From positions 416,001-480,000 of the forward strand of contig CAVUKA010000003.1 of the NCBI GenBank assembly GCA_963741945.1: DNA of 64,000 nt, in the 5' to 3' direction. Under the pieces are notes generated by a model. The model did no database searches and had not been told where the DNA came from. It saw nothing but the letters and a program-made list of their open reading frames with translations. Each line of letters opens with the position of its first letter. The first letter of the stretch is position 1. The position numbers and the translations under genes are program-made. Below are positions 29,402 to 39,315 of the stretch, one piece after another. The stretch comes from an uncultured Gemmatimonadales bacterium. GTDB taxonomy: Bacteria > Gemmatimonadota > Gemmatimonadetes > Longimicrobiales > RSA9.

Positions 29402-31075
29402 ATGGGACTGTCGATGAATCCGAAGCACGTGAAGCGTTACGCGCGACTTACGGGTCTGCTGGCGCGTCATGGCGGGACGGACCTGGTGCGGCGGGCAGGA
29501 CTGGAAGCGGCGCTGGAGGGAGGCGACGCGCCGTCGCCTGAGGGGGCGGAGGAAGCCGCACAGGACGGGAAGCCGGAATCGCTGGCAGCGGACCTGGAAT
29601 CGATGGGCCCGGCGTACGTGAAGCTGGGACAGCTGCTGTCCACGCGCGCCGACCTCCTCCCGCCGCAGTACCTGGACGCGCTTTCCCGTCTGCAGGACCG
29701 GGTAGAGCCGTTTTCGTACGAGGAAGTGGATCGGATCGTCTCGGAGGAGCTGGGGGTGCGGCTGTCGAAGGCGTTCGCGTCGTTCGAGCGGGAGCCGGTG
29801 GCTGCGGCGTCGCTGGCGCAGGTGCACCGGGCGGTGCTGCGGAGCGGCGAGGCGGTGGCGGTGAAGGTGCAGCGGCCGGGGATCCAGGAGAGCGTACGCG
29901 AGGAGCTGGAAGTACTGGAGGAGGTGGCGAGTTTCCTGGACGAGCACTCGGAGCGTGCCCATCGCTACCGGGTGGCGGCGGTTCTGGACCAGTTCCGGCG
30001 CTCGCTGCTGCTGGAGATGGACTTCCGCAACGAGGCCCGGAACCTGGCGACGCTGCGGGAGAACCTCGCCGGCTTCGACCGTCTCGTGGTCCCCCGCCCG
30101 ATACCGGACTACAGCACCGGCCGAGTGCTGACCATGGAGCTGGTGCGCGGCCACAAGGTGACATCGTTGAGCCCTGTGGCGCTGCTGGAAGTGGACAGGC
30201 GCGCGCTGGCGGACGAGCTCTTCCGCGCGTACCTGAAGCAGATCCTGGTGGACGGGTTCTTCCACGCGGACCCGCACCCCGGGAACGTGCTGCTCACCGA
30301 CGACCACCGTCTCGCATTGCTGGACCTGGGGCAGACGGCCACGCTCTCGCCGGGGTCCCGGGAAGCGCTGCTGAAGCTTCTGCTGTCCGTGGCCGATGGC
30401 GATGCCGACCATGCGTCGGACGTGCTGCTGGAGCTGAGCGAGCCCGAGGACGACGCGGACCGCGCGGGCTTCCGTGCCGCCGTCGCCGAGCTGGTGGCGA
30501 GGGCGGAGGGGCGGAAGGCGGGCGACATCGCGCTGGGCGTGGTGGTTCTCCAGCTGGTCCGGATCGCCGGGACGCACCACATCAGCCCGCCACCGGCGCT
30601 GAGCATGCTGGGCAAGACGCTCTTCGACCTGGACCAGGTGGGCAAGGCGCTGGACCCGGAGCTGGAGCCCAACGCCGCCATCCGGCGCCACGCGGCCGAG
30701 ATCATGGAGCGGCGGATGCTGTCATCGCTGAGCCCATCGTCGCTGTTCCAGCGGGCGCTGGAAGCGAACGAGCTGGTGCAGCACCTGCCCCGTCGGCTGA
30801 ACCGGATCATGGATCTCGTGGCGGAGAACCGCTTGAGCGTGGGCGTGGACGCCATTGACGAGGTCCGCTTCATCGCCGGGCTGGAGAAGATCGCCAACCG
30901 CATCACGCTGGGCGTCATCATCGCCGCCCTCATCGTGGGCGCCGCCATGCTGGTGCGCGTGGACGCCGGGCCGCGCGTCCTCGGCTACCCCGCCCCGGCC
31001 TTCCTCCTCTTCATCGTCGCCGCCGTGGCGGGCGCCGCGCTGGCGATCCACATCGTGGTGAAGGACCGGGAGTAG
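29402..31075 (+). CDS. ABC1/UbiB (AarF) atypical kinase
   Basis: GPAYVKLGQLLSTR, AAASLAQVH, VAVKVQRPG, GFFHADPHPGN, LLDLG; two C-terminal TM segments. Confidence 0.93.
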   Translation: MGLSMNPKHVKRYARLTGLLARHGGTDLVRRAGLEAALEGGDAPSPEGAEEAAQDGKPESLAADLESMGPAYVKLGQLLSTRADLLPPQYLDALSRLQDRVEPFSYEEVDRIVSEELGVRLSKAFASFEREPVAAASLAQVHRAVLRSGEAVAVKVQRPGIQESVREELEVLEEVASFLDEHSERAHRYRVAAVLDQFRRSLLLEMDFRNEARNLATLRENLAGFDRLVVPRPIPDYSTGRVLTMELVRGHKVTSLSPVALLEVDRRALADELFRAYLKQILVDGFFHADPHPGNVLLTDDHRLALLDLGQTATLSPGSREALLKLLLSVADGDADHASDVLLELSEPEDDADRAGFRAAVAELVARAEGRKAGDIALGVVVLQLVRIAGTHHISPPPALSMLGKTLFDLDQVGKALDPELEPNAAIRRHAAEIMERRMLSSLSPSSLFQRALEANELVQHLPRRLNRIMDLVAENRLSVGVDAIDEVRFIAGLEKIANRITLGVIIAALIVGAAMLVRVDAGPRVLGYPAPAFLLFIVAAVAGAALAIHIVVKDRE

Positions 31076-31405
31076 AGGACGCGAAGCACCTCGAATTCCC
31101 GCTCCACGCGAAGGACGCGAAGAGCGCGAAGAACTGCAACCCCCTTTTTCACGCGGAGCCGCGAAGAACGCGGAGGGTCGGCCGGGAGACATCGGGGGCT
31201 CGATCGGGCGGATCGGCCTGGAAGCGTACCGGGCCAGGCCATCAGGTTTGGCCCGGCGAGTTGCCGGGCCGAGCGCGCCGGACCGGCCGGGCGGCTCCCG
31301 GGGGAAACCAGCTTCGGGCCCGGGCTGTTTCCGGGCCCCCCGAGGCCTTCCTCCGCGTTCTTCGCGGCTCCGCGTGAGATTGAAGTTCTTCGCGCCCTCC
31401 GCGTG
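31076..31405. repeat. Intergenic cassette with a perfect 28-bp inverted repeat (REP/MITE-like)
   Basis: TCACGCGGAGCCGCGAAGAACGCGGAGG (31149-31176) is the exact reverse complement of 31350-31377; extra CGCGAAG units on both flanks. Confidence 0.85.
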
Positions 31406-31406
31406 A

Positions 31407-32855
31407 TCAGGCGCGTCGGACCGCGGCACTCCCGAGGCCCACGATGACGGTGACGGCGGACCCGATCAACGCGAACCAGAGCGTGTCCACCAACACGGGG
31501 ATGGCGCCGAAGGTCTGGGCGGCCCAGAGGGCGGTCATGGCCACCACGGCCACGGCGATGCCGGTGACCGCGTCGCGCTGGTCGGGGCGTCGGAAGAGGG
31601 TGCCGAGGAGGAAGCCGCCCAGGAGGGGGCCGAACGTGAAGGACGCGATCTGGAGCGCCACCACCACCACAGGGGTGCCCTGCTGGGCGAAGTGGAAGAG
31701 GGTGGCGCCGCCGATGAGGATGGCGGCCCAGAGGAGGGTGAAGGCGCGGCCCACGCGCAGGAGGTGGTCCTCGTCGTCCTCCCGGTGCGCCAGCGGGGCG
31801 TAGATGTCGTGGGTGGCGGAGGAGGCGAGGGAGTTGAGGGACGAGCTCACGGTGGACATGGCGGCGGCCAGCACGCCGGCCACGATGAGGCCGCTGAGCC
31901 CGGACGGCAGTCCCTCGATGATGAACGCGGGGAACACTTCGTCGGGCGTGGCGAACGTGCGGCCGGCGTAGAACGTCCGGAGGCCGGCGCCCACCAGGAG
32001 GAAGAGGGTGAACTGTCCCAGGACGACGAGGCCGCTGCCGATCACGGCCTTGCGGGCGCCCCGTAGGTCGGGGGCGGCCAGGAGCCGCTGGACGACCATG
32101 TGATCCACGCCGTGCGTCGCCATGGAGAGGAACGTGCCGCCCACCAGCCCGGTGACCAGCCAGCGGGCGCTTGCGGGGCCGCCGCCCAGGTGGACCACGC
32201 GGAACGTCCCCGCGGCGTCGCCCGCGGCGCGGATGGCGCTCCACCCGCCGGGGACCCGGTCCGCCAGCACCCAGAGCGCCGCCGCGCCGCCGACGATGTA
32301 GAGCCCCATCTGGATCACGTCCATCCACACAACGGAGCGCAGGCCGCCGTACCACGTGTAGAGGAGCGTGGCGACGCCCACCAGCAGGATCACCTGCCAG
32401 TACGGCCAGCCGGTGATGAGGGCGATGGGGATGGCTGCGGCGAAGATGCGGACGGAGTCGGCGAACGCCCGGGTCACCATGAAGATGGCGGACGAGAACC
32501 GCCTCGCCCCGAGCCCGAAGCGGCGCTCCATGAGGGCATAGGCGGTGGTGAGCTCGCCGCGGAAGTAGCCGGGGAGGAGCACGTACGCCACGGCCACGCG
32601 TCCCAGCAGGTAGCCGCCCGCGAGCTGGAGGATCCAGAAGTCGGACGCATACGCGGTGGCGGGGACGGAGATGAAGGTGAGGGCACTGGTCTCGGTGGCC
32701 ACCACGGAAAGCATGATGGCCCACCAGGGCATGGCGTGGCCGGCGAGGAAGTAGTCGCGGGCTCCGTGCTGGGAGCGGCCCATGTACGTGCCCACGCCCA
32801 CCACGCCCACGAGGTAGACCACGAGGACGACCAGATCCAGACCAGTGAACGCCAT
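31407..32855 (-). CDS. Sodium:solute symporter, probably for amino sugars
   Basis: DYFLAG..MPWW..LSVVATETSALTFISVP, GGLRSVVWMD, DHMVVQRLL, AAAMST; 12 or more TM segments. Confidence 0.92.
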   Translation of the reverse strand: MAFTGLDLVVLVVYLVGVVGVGTYMGRSQHGARDYFLAGHAMPWWAIMLSVVATETSALTFISVPATAYASDFWILQLAGGYLLGRVAVAYVLLPGYFRGELTTAYALMERRFGLGARRFSSAIFMVTRAFADSVRIFAAAIPIALITGWPYWQVILLVGVATLLYTWYGGLRSVVWMDVIQMGLYIVGGAAALWVLADRVPGGWSAIRAAGDAAGTFRVVHLGGGPASARWLVTGLVGGTFLSMATHGVDHMVVQRLLAAPDLRGARKAVIGSGLVVLGQFTLFLLVGAGLRTFYAGRTFATPDEVFPAFIIEGLPSGLSGLIVAGVLAAAMSTVSSSLNSLASSATHDIYAPLAHREDDEDHLLRVGRAFTLLWAAILIGGATLFHFAQQGTPVVVVALQIASFTFGPLLGGFLLGTLFRRPDQRDAVTGIAVAVVAMTALWAAQTFGAIPVLVDTLWFALIGSAVTVIVGLGSAAVRRA

Positions 32856-32891
32856 CGGCGGCTCGGTTTCGGGTTGTGAGGGGCGGGCCGG

Positions 32892-34775
32892 TCAGCGCAC
32901 CACGAACGCCTCGACAGCGTGGAACTCGGGCAGGCCGAGCCGGTCCAGCTCCTCGGCGGTGCCGCGGTTGCGCCCGTCCACGCGCTGCCAGAACTCGCGG
33001 TTGTCGTGCCCGCCGGGGAACGGCGCCGTGTCCTTCTGCGACTGGTGCTTGAAAATGGCGAAGATCTTACGACGCAGCTCTTCGCGCGAGAGCGGGACGA
33101 AGACATCGGCCTCGTGCACCGGCCATTCCTGCCACGCGCCGCGGTACAGCCAGGTCTCGGGGCGTGGCCCGTGGTATTGCTCGAGCGCCCGGTCGATCGC
33201 CTCCTTGCACTGCCGGTGCGTGCCGTGCGGGTCGGACAGGTCGCCGGCGACGAAGATCACGTCCGGCTTCAGCTCCTCCAGCACAGACCGGATGATCTCC
33301 ACATCCTCGGGGCCCACGGCGTTCTTCTTCACCGTCCCCGTCTGATAGAACGGCAGGTCCAGGAAGCGGCACACTTCGCGGGAGTACCCCAGCGATTCCA
33401 CGGCGCTCACCGCCTCGGTTTCGCGGATGTGGCGCTTGATCGCCTGCACCTCCGGAATGTCGACCTCGCCCGGCTCCTTCCCGGCGAGGAACGCTTCGAC
33501 CTTCCCGATCAGCCGCTCCAGCCGCGCGCTCGAATCCGGGTGGGCCGCGGAGTCCGGAGCGCCGGCCGACCGCGGCTCATCCTCGAGCACGTCCCTGCGA
33601 AAGCGGCGCACGAAATCCAGGTAGCGGCGAACCTCGTGGTCGAACACGGCGATGTTGCCGGACGTCATGTAGGCCACGGCGACATCGTTCCGGTTCTCGT
33701 GCAGCTTGCGGAGCGTGCCGCCCATGCTGATGACATCGTCGTCCGGGTGGGGGCTGAAGACGATGATGGACGCATCGCTCGGGAGCCGCGGGTTGTCGCG
33801 GACCTTGGCCTCGAGGCGGTCGAACGCGGAGGTGTTGAGCGCATCGGCGGACGTCCAGAGCGCCAGGAGCGAGGCCAGGTGGTGCTCCTGGTAGTCGGTG
33901 GCGGAGAGCTGGAGGATCGCGCGACCGGAGACGCGGGCGAGCCAGACCACGGCGCGGAGGGCGAGGTCGTCGTCCCATTCCACGGCCCGTACCAGCCAGG
34001 GCGTCTTCACCCGCGTGAGCTCACCGGCCGCCGCGGCGTCGAGGAAGAAGGTTGCATCCGGGTGCTCCTGCAGGTAGGTGGCGGCCACATCCGGCGAGAT
34101 GTCGCCTTCCACGGCGCGCTTGACGATGGTGGCCTTGTGCTCCCCGGTGGCCATGAGGATGACCTCGCGGGCATCGAGGATGGTGGCCACGCCCATGGTG
34201 ATGGCCTCGCGCGGCACGTTCTCCTCACCGAAGAAGTCGGCGGCCGCGTCCTTGCGCGTGACCGAGTCCAGGTGGATGAGGCGCGTGCGGGACTCGCGCC
34301 CGGAGCCCGGCTCGTTGAACCCCACGTGACCCGTCTTGCCGATGCCCAGCAGCTGGATGTCGATGCCGCCGGCAGCGCGAATGGCGGCCTCGTACTCCTG
34401 GGCGTGGCGCTCGACCTGGTCGCGCGGGATGCCGCCGCGGGGGATATGGACGTTGGCCGAGTCGATGTCGATGTGGTCGAACAGGTTCTCCCACATGAAC
34501 CGGTGGTAGCTGTGGATGCTCTCCGGGTCCATGGGGTAGTACTCGTCGAGGTTGAACGTGACCACGTTGCCGAAGCCGAGCCCGTCCTCGCGGTGCATCC
34601 GGATCAGCTCCCGGTACACGCCAATGGGGGTGGAGCCGGTGGCCAGCCCCAGCACCGCGCTCTCCCCGGACGCCTGGCGCTCCCGGATGAGGTTGGCGAT
34701 CCGCCCCGCAACCCGGCGAGCGATATCCTCGTGCTCCTCCACAATGACGACGTCGACTCGCTCGGTGATCGGCAT
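32892..34775 (-). CDS. nagB: Glucosamine-6-phosphate deaminase fused to an LmbE/PIG-L-like domain
   Basis: LGLATGSTP, FNLDEY, LLGIG.TGHVGFNEPGS, AITMG; C-terminal SPHPDDD and DPHGTH. Confidence 0.93.
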   Translation of the reverse strand: MPITERVDVVIVEEHEDIARRVAGRIANLIRERQASGESAVLGLATGSTPIGVYRELIRMHREDGLGFGNVVTFNLDEYYPMDPESIHSYHRFMWENLFDHIDIDSANVHIPRGGIPRDQVERHAQEYEAAIRAAGGIDIQLLGIGKTGHVGFNEPGSGRESRTRLIHLDSVTRKDAAADFFGEENVPREAITMGVATILDAREVILMATGEHKATIVKRAVEGDISPDVAATYLQEHPDATFFLDAAAAGELTRVKTPWLVRAVEWDDDLALRAVVWLARVSGRAILQLSATDYQEHHLASLLALWTSADALNTSAFDRLEAKVRDNPRLPSDASIIVFSPHPDDDVISMGGTLRKLHENRNDVAVAYMTSGNIAVFDHEVRRYLDFVRRFRRDVLEDEPRSAGAPDSAAHPDSSARLERLIGKVEAFLAGKEPGEVDIPEVQAIKRHIRETEAVSAVESLGYSREVCRFLDLPFYQTGTVKKNAVGPEDVEIIRSVLEELKPDVIFVAGDLSDPHGTHRQCKEAIDRALEQYHGPRPETWLYRGAWQEWPVHEADVFVPLSREELRRKIFAIFKHQSQKDTAPFPGGHDNREFWQRVDGRNRGTAEELDRLGLPEFHAVEAFVVR

Positions 34776-34832
34776 GCAGTACCTGTGGTTCGCGCTTGGA
34801 CCCGGGCGCCACCGGTGGCGAAGTCCCGCGGC

Positions 34833-37800
34833 TCAGCCGCCGGTGGGATGCACGATCGGTTCCTCGCCGATGGCGCGGGCGGCCCAGGTCAGGACGTCAC
34901 GGCGCAGCTCCTGGATACCGTGGCCCTCGCGCGTGGGGTCTACCCGGTTCGTGAGCAGGACCACATACAGGTTTCCGACGGGGTCGATCCAGATCATGGT
35001 GCCGGTGAACCCCGTGTGCCCGAAGGCGGACGGCGAGAGCGCGGCTGCGATCCCGGCCGAGCCGGGTGCCCGGGCCCAGCCGAGGGCCGGCGCCGGAGAC
35101 GTGAACGCGCGCACCGTCCCCGGCTCGATCAGCTGGCGACCATCGCAGCGCCCCGCATCCAGCATCATGCGGGCGAAGCGTGCCAGGTCGGCGGCGGTGG
35201 AAAAGAGCCCGGCGTGGCCGGAAACGCCGCCCATCGCATAGGCGTTCTCGTCGTGGACCACGCCGCGGACGTGCGTGTGGCGGAACGTGGTGTCCACCTC
35301 GGTCGGCGCGATGCGCGCCAACGGCTCGCTCCATGCGACGCCGGGCGGCGCCGGCAGTCCGGCTTCCGACCGGATGGCGGCCATGGCCGCGGGACGGGGG
35401 AGGAACCCGGTGTCGCCCATGCCGAGCGGGGCCCATAGCTCCCTGGCCAGGAACGCGTCCAGGGGCTCGCCCGTGACCCGCCGCACGGCCTCGCCCAGGA
35501 GGATGAACCCCAGGTCACTGTAGACTTCCCGCGTGCCCGGCCGATACGACGCCGGCAGTCCGGCAATGGCGGCTGCCATGGCGCTGTCGCCCCGCAGGCC
35601 GCCGCCGGACGGATGCCAGAATCGGATGAAGGGCGGAAGCCCCGCCGTATGGGTGAGGAGCCGGCGCACGGTGACGGAGTCGCGCCAGCCGCCGCGCGGC
35701 CACGCGGGCAGGTACGCCGCCAGCGGCGAGTCGAGCGCCATCCGGCCGCGGTCCACCAGGAGCATCACGGCGCTGGTGGTCCCCACCGCCTTGGTGAGCG
35801 ACGCCAGGTCGTACAACGTGGAGTCGGTGGCGGGCGGCGACCCGGGCGCCCAGTCCAGCCGGCCATAGCCCCTGAGCCGCAGAAGCCGACCCCCCTGCCC
35901 CACCGCCACCGCCGCGCCCGGCGTCACCCGTGCAGCGATGGCGGCCTCGATGGCGGCGTCCAGGGAGTCCAGGACGTTCTCGGCGGCGCCAGCGGCCTGC
36001 GCTTGCCCGACTTCCCGGACGGCGGGGCCGGCGCGGTCGAGCCCGGCGCCGAGCGGCGCGAGCGGCGGGATCGAGATCGGCAGGCGGCCACCGATGGGAG
36101 CGTCGCCCAGGAGTGCGCGGGCGGCGGCCAGCTGGCTGACGGGCGCGTTCCCCCAGGCGAGGAGGTACGTGCCCGCGTCCGGGATCTGACGGAGGACGTA
36201 CGGGCTGCCGAACGAGACCACCACGGTCGGCTTCGCGGCCACCAGCGCGCGCACGCGGGCGGCCACCGGCTCCTCGATTTCGACACTCCCTTTCGATGAG
36301 CGCGTTCGGACGTCGGAGACGAACACCACCAGGTCGGCGCCGTCGGTCAGCGCGAACACGGAGTCGAGCACCGCCGCGGGCTCCCGGGGGCCGAGCCTCG
36401 CCAGCTGCAACGCGGGCGTCGCCTGAGCGAGAGTGGCCGCGAACTGGCGCGCGGCGAACGGGGCGATGTCGTCGCTGTACGCGATGGCGAGGACGCGCGG
36501 GAAGCGGAGCGGCCGCAGCGGGACGAGTCGCTCGCGGTCGCGGACGAGCGTGATGCTCCGGGCCGCGACCCCGGCCGCCACCTGGCGGTGCGAGGCGGCG
36601 CCCACGTGGTCGGGGACGCGATCCAGGGGAACGGTGGGGGCGAGGCGGAGTCCGGCCCGGACTTTCGCTTCCAGGATCTTCCGCACGGAGCGGTCGATGC
36701 GCGCGGCCGGGACGCGGCCGGACTGGACGGCGTCCACCACGGCGTCGATCACGGCGGCCGGGTCCACCGGCTGGAGCAGGATGTCGGCGCCGGCCTCCAC
36801 GGCGCGGACCGCGGCATCGCGGGGACCGAACGCCTTCACCAGCGCGCCCATGTCGAGGGCGTCCGTGATGACCAGCCCGTGGAACCCCATGACTCCCACC
36901 AGGAGGCTGTCGAGCATGCGACGGGAAAGCGTGGCCGGCAGCGTGGAGTCCCCTGACAGCGCCGGCACGGCGATGTGGGCACTCATGACGGCGTCGACGC
37001 CGGCATGGACGAGCGCCCGGAAAGGGGCCAGCTCCACGGTGTCCAGCCGCGCGCTGTCGAGGCGGAGGATGTATGGTGCGAGGTGGGTATCGCCGCTCAC
37101 GTCGCCATGGCCGGGGAAGTGCTTGGCCGTGGCCAGCATCCCGTGCTCCTGGAGCCCGCGCATCTGCGCGACCGCGAAGCGCGACACGGCTCGCGGGTCT
37201 TCGCCATAGCTCCGGGTGTTGATCACCGGATTCGCCGGGTTATTGTTCACATCCGCGACGGGGGCGAGGGCCAGGCGGATGCCCACGGCGCGTGCCTCCT
37301 CGGCGGTGATCCGTCCGACGGCGTACGCCAGCGACGGGTCACCCGTGGCCGCGATGCCCATGGCAGGCGGGAACTCCGTGCCCCCGCCCAGGTCGGCGCC
37401 CCAGGGGAGCAACACGCCCGCGTCCAGCCGCTGACCCGGCCCGTGCTCGACATCGCTCATGACAAGGAGCGGCACACGGGACATGCGCTGCAGCCGATTG
37501 AGCAGCTCCGCCAGCTCGAGGGGTGGGCCGATGGAGTGGATGATCCCGCCCACGCCCAGCTCCTCGACCCAGGAGCGGAGACGCTCCTGCGCCGTGCTCT
37601 CCGTGGGCACGAACGCGCCGGACGTCCAGGGCACGACCATCTGCGCCACGCGGTGCCGCAGATCGAGCCCGGCGAGGGTGGAGTCGACCCAGCGCCGGGC
37701 GGCGTCGTCGAGAGGCTGGAGGCGGAACGTGTCGGCGGCCGCGCCGGCGGAGGAAGGCCCGCGGGCGGCCGGCGTCTCACCGCTTCCGGCGAGATCGGCC

Positions 37801-37901
37801 CCGGCGACCTCGGTCCGCGGTGCGGAGCGCGCCGGGGCGGGCGCACACGAGAACACGGCCGAGGCCGCCAGCAGCGCGGCCGGAAAGATTCGCAAGCTCA
37901 T
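34833..37901 (-). CDS. GH3 beta-N-acetylglucosaminidase (NagZ-like) fused to a beta-lactamase-fold serine hydrolase, exported
   Basis: APVADVN, NTRSYG, KHFPGHGDxxxDTH, ITDAL; second domain ASLTK (SxxK), YSD, GHAGLF, GHTGFTG. Confidence 0.92.
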   Translation of the reverse strand: MSLRIFPAALLAASAVFSCAPAPARSAPRTEVAGADLAGSGETPAARGPSSAGAAADTFRLQPLDDAARRWVDSTLAGLDLRHRVAQMVVPWTSGAFVPTESTAQERLRSWVEELGVGGIIHSIGPPLELAELLNRLQRMSRVPLLVMSDVEHGPGQRLDAGVLLPWGADLGGGTEFPPAMGIAATGDPSLAYAVGRITAEEARAVGIRLALAPVADVNNNPANPVINTRSYGEDPRAVSRFAVAQMRGLQEHGMLATAKHFPGHGDVSGDTHLAPYILRLDSARLDTVELAPFRALVHAGVDAVMSAHIAVPALSGDSTLPATLSRRMLDSLLVGVMGFHGLVITDALDMGALVKAFGPRDAAVRAVEAGADILLQPVDPAAVIDAVVDAVQSGRVPAARIDRSVRKILEAKVRAGLRLAPTVPLDRVPDHVGAASHRQVAAGVAARSITLVRDRERLVPLRPLRFPRVLAIAYSDDIAPFAARQFAATLAQATPALQLARLGPREPAAVLDSVFALTDGADLVVFVSDVRTRSSKGSVEIEEPVAARVRALVAAKPTVVVSFGSPYVLRQIPDAGTYLLAWGNAPVSQLAAARALLGDAPIGGRLPISIPPLAPLGAGLDRAGPAVREVGQAQAAGAAENVLDSLDAAIEAAIAARVTPGAAVAVGQGGRLLRLRGYGRLDWAPGSPPATDSTLYDLASLTKAVGTTSAVMLLVDRGRMALDSPLAAYLPAWPRGGWRDSVTVRRLLTHTAGLPPFIRFWHPSGGGLRGDSAMAAAIAGLPASYRPGTREVYSDLGFILLGEAVRRVTGEPLDAFLARELWAPLGMGDTGFLPRPAAMAAIRSEAGLPAPPGVAWSEPLARIAPTEVDTTFRHTHVRGVVHDENAYAMGGVSGHAGLFSTAADLARFARMMLDAGRCDGRQLIEPGTVRAFTSPAPALGWARAPGSAGIAAALSPSAFGHTGFTGTMIWIDPVGNLYVVLLTNRVDPTREGHGIQELRRDVLTWAARAIGEEPIVHPTGG

Positions 37902-37959
37902 GGTGCACCGGAAGGTAGCCGCGATCGCTCGGAGCGGGCAATTCGCCCTCTCGACCACA

Positions 37960-39315
37960 GTGGCGGGGGCGGTTCTGCCGGTTCTGCTCGGGCTCCTGAC
38001 CGCCTGCGGCACCGGCGGTACGGCGGGGGGCGGTCAGGCGGAGCGCGGCGGGGCCACAACGGCCCGATCCGGCGCGTCGCCCGGCGCGGCCGCATCACCG
38101 GCCACGAGCCGGTCCGCCGGACAGCCCGGGCGCGCCGGTTCCGGGCGTGCGGACGCCCCCGTGCTCCTGGGCGTGGACATCCTGCTGCGCGACAGCCTGT
38201 CGCTCCTGCGCGGCCGCCGCGTGGGGCTCATCACGAACCACACGGGGCGCTCGTACGCTTCGCCCGCCGCGGGCGACACGGGAGTCAGCACGATCGACCT
38301 CCTGGCCAGCTCACCGGGCGTGGCGCTGGTGGCGCTCTTCAGTCCCGAGCACGGGATCAGGGGTGATGTCGACCGGAAGGTGGTGAGCGGAGTGGACGAG
38401 GCGACGGGGCTAGCGATCCACTCGCTCTACGGCGCGACGCGGAAGCCGACGGTGGAGATGCTGCGGGGGATCGACGTCCTGGTGTTCGACATCCAGGACA
38501 TCGGCGCGCGCTACTACAGCTACGTCTGGACCATGGCGCTGGCGATGGAAGCGGCCGCGGAGGCCGGGATCCGGTTCCTGGTGCTGGACCGCCCGGATCC
38601 CATCGGGGGCACGCTGGTCCAGGGCAACGTGGCGCCGTCGTACATGCCCGTGGCATTCTACCGGGCGGCCATGCGCCACGGCCTGACCGCCGCCGAGCTC
38701 GCCCGCTACGTCAATGGCGAATACGGGCTGGGCGTCGACCTCCACGTGATCCCGATGGTGGGGTGGCGCCGGTCCATGTGGTGGGGTGACACCGGCGTTC
38801 CCTGGCGCCCCCCGTCGCCGAACATGCCGGCGGTGGAGTCGGCCACGCACTACCCCGGCACATGCCTGTTCGAGGGAACCAACCTCTCCGTGGGACGGGG
38901 AACCCCGCTGGCTTTCCAGCAGGTCGGCGCGCCATGGCTGGATGCCGACGCCGTGGCCGCGTCGCTGCGCGCCCGCCGGCTCCCGGGCGTGGACGTGGAG
39001 CCCGTGACCTTCACGCCCGAAGCGCCCACCGACGGGAAGTTCGCCGGTGAGCCGGTGCGCGGACTGCGCTTCCATGTCACCGACCGGGAGCGCTACGACC
39101 CGGTCCGCACCGCCGTGGCCGCGCTCGTCGAGATCACCCACCGCCACCCGGACCACTTCCGCTGGCGCACCGCCTGGTTCGACGGGCTGGCCGGCGGCCC
39201 CCGCCTGCGCGAGCGGATCCGCGCCGGTGACAGCCTCGATGCCATCACGGCCCCGTGGGCAGCCGAGCGGTCCGTTTGGGAGGAGACCCGGTCGAAGTAC
39301 CTCATGTACCCGTAG
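37960..39315 (+). CDS. namZ: Exo-beta-N-acetylmuramidase NamZ (DUF1343/YbbC) lipoprotein
   Basis: LTAC lipobox; GLITNHTG, FSPEHG, DIQDIGARYY, DRPDP, RHG, PSPN, EGTNLSVGRGT; alternative start at 37900. Confidence 0.88.
   Translation: MAGAVLPVLLGLLTACGTGGTAGGGQAERGGATTARSGASPGAAASPATSRSAGQPGRAGSGRADAPVLLGVDILLRDSLSLLRGRRVGLITNHTGRSYASPAAGDTGVSTIDLLASSPGVALVALFSPEHGIRGDVDRKVVSGVDEATGLAIHSLYGATRKPTVEMLRGIDVLVFDIQDIGARYYSYVWTMALAMEAAAEAGIRFLVLDRPDPIGGTLVQGNVAPSYMPVAFYRAAMRHGLTAAELARYVNGEYGLGVDLHVIPMVGWRRSMWWGDTGVPWRPPSPNMPAVESATHYPGTCLFEGTNLSVGRGTPLAFQQVGAPWLDADAVAASLRARRLPGVDVEPVTFTPEAPTDGKFAGEPVRGLRFHVTDRERYDPVRTAVAALVEITHRHPDHFRWRTAWFDGLAGGPRLRERIRAGDSLDAITAPWAAERSVWEETRSKYLMYP

Noticed and set aside
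34833-35960. Beta-lactamase resistance gene
   Set aside because: The SxxK domain is fused to GH3 within a peptidoglycan-recycling cluster; an amidase or esterase role is more likely.
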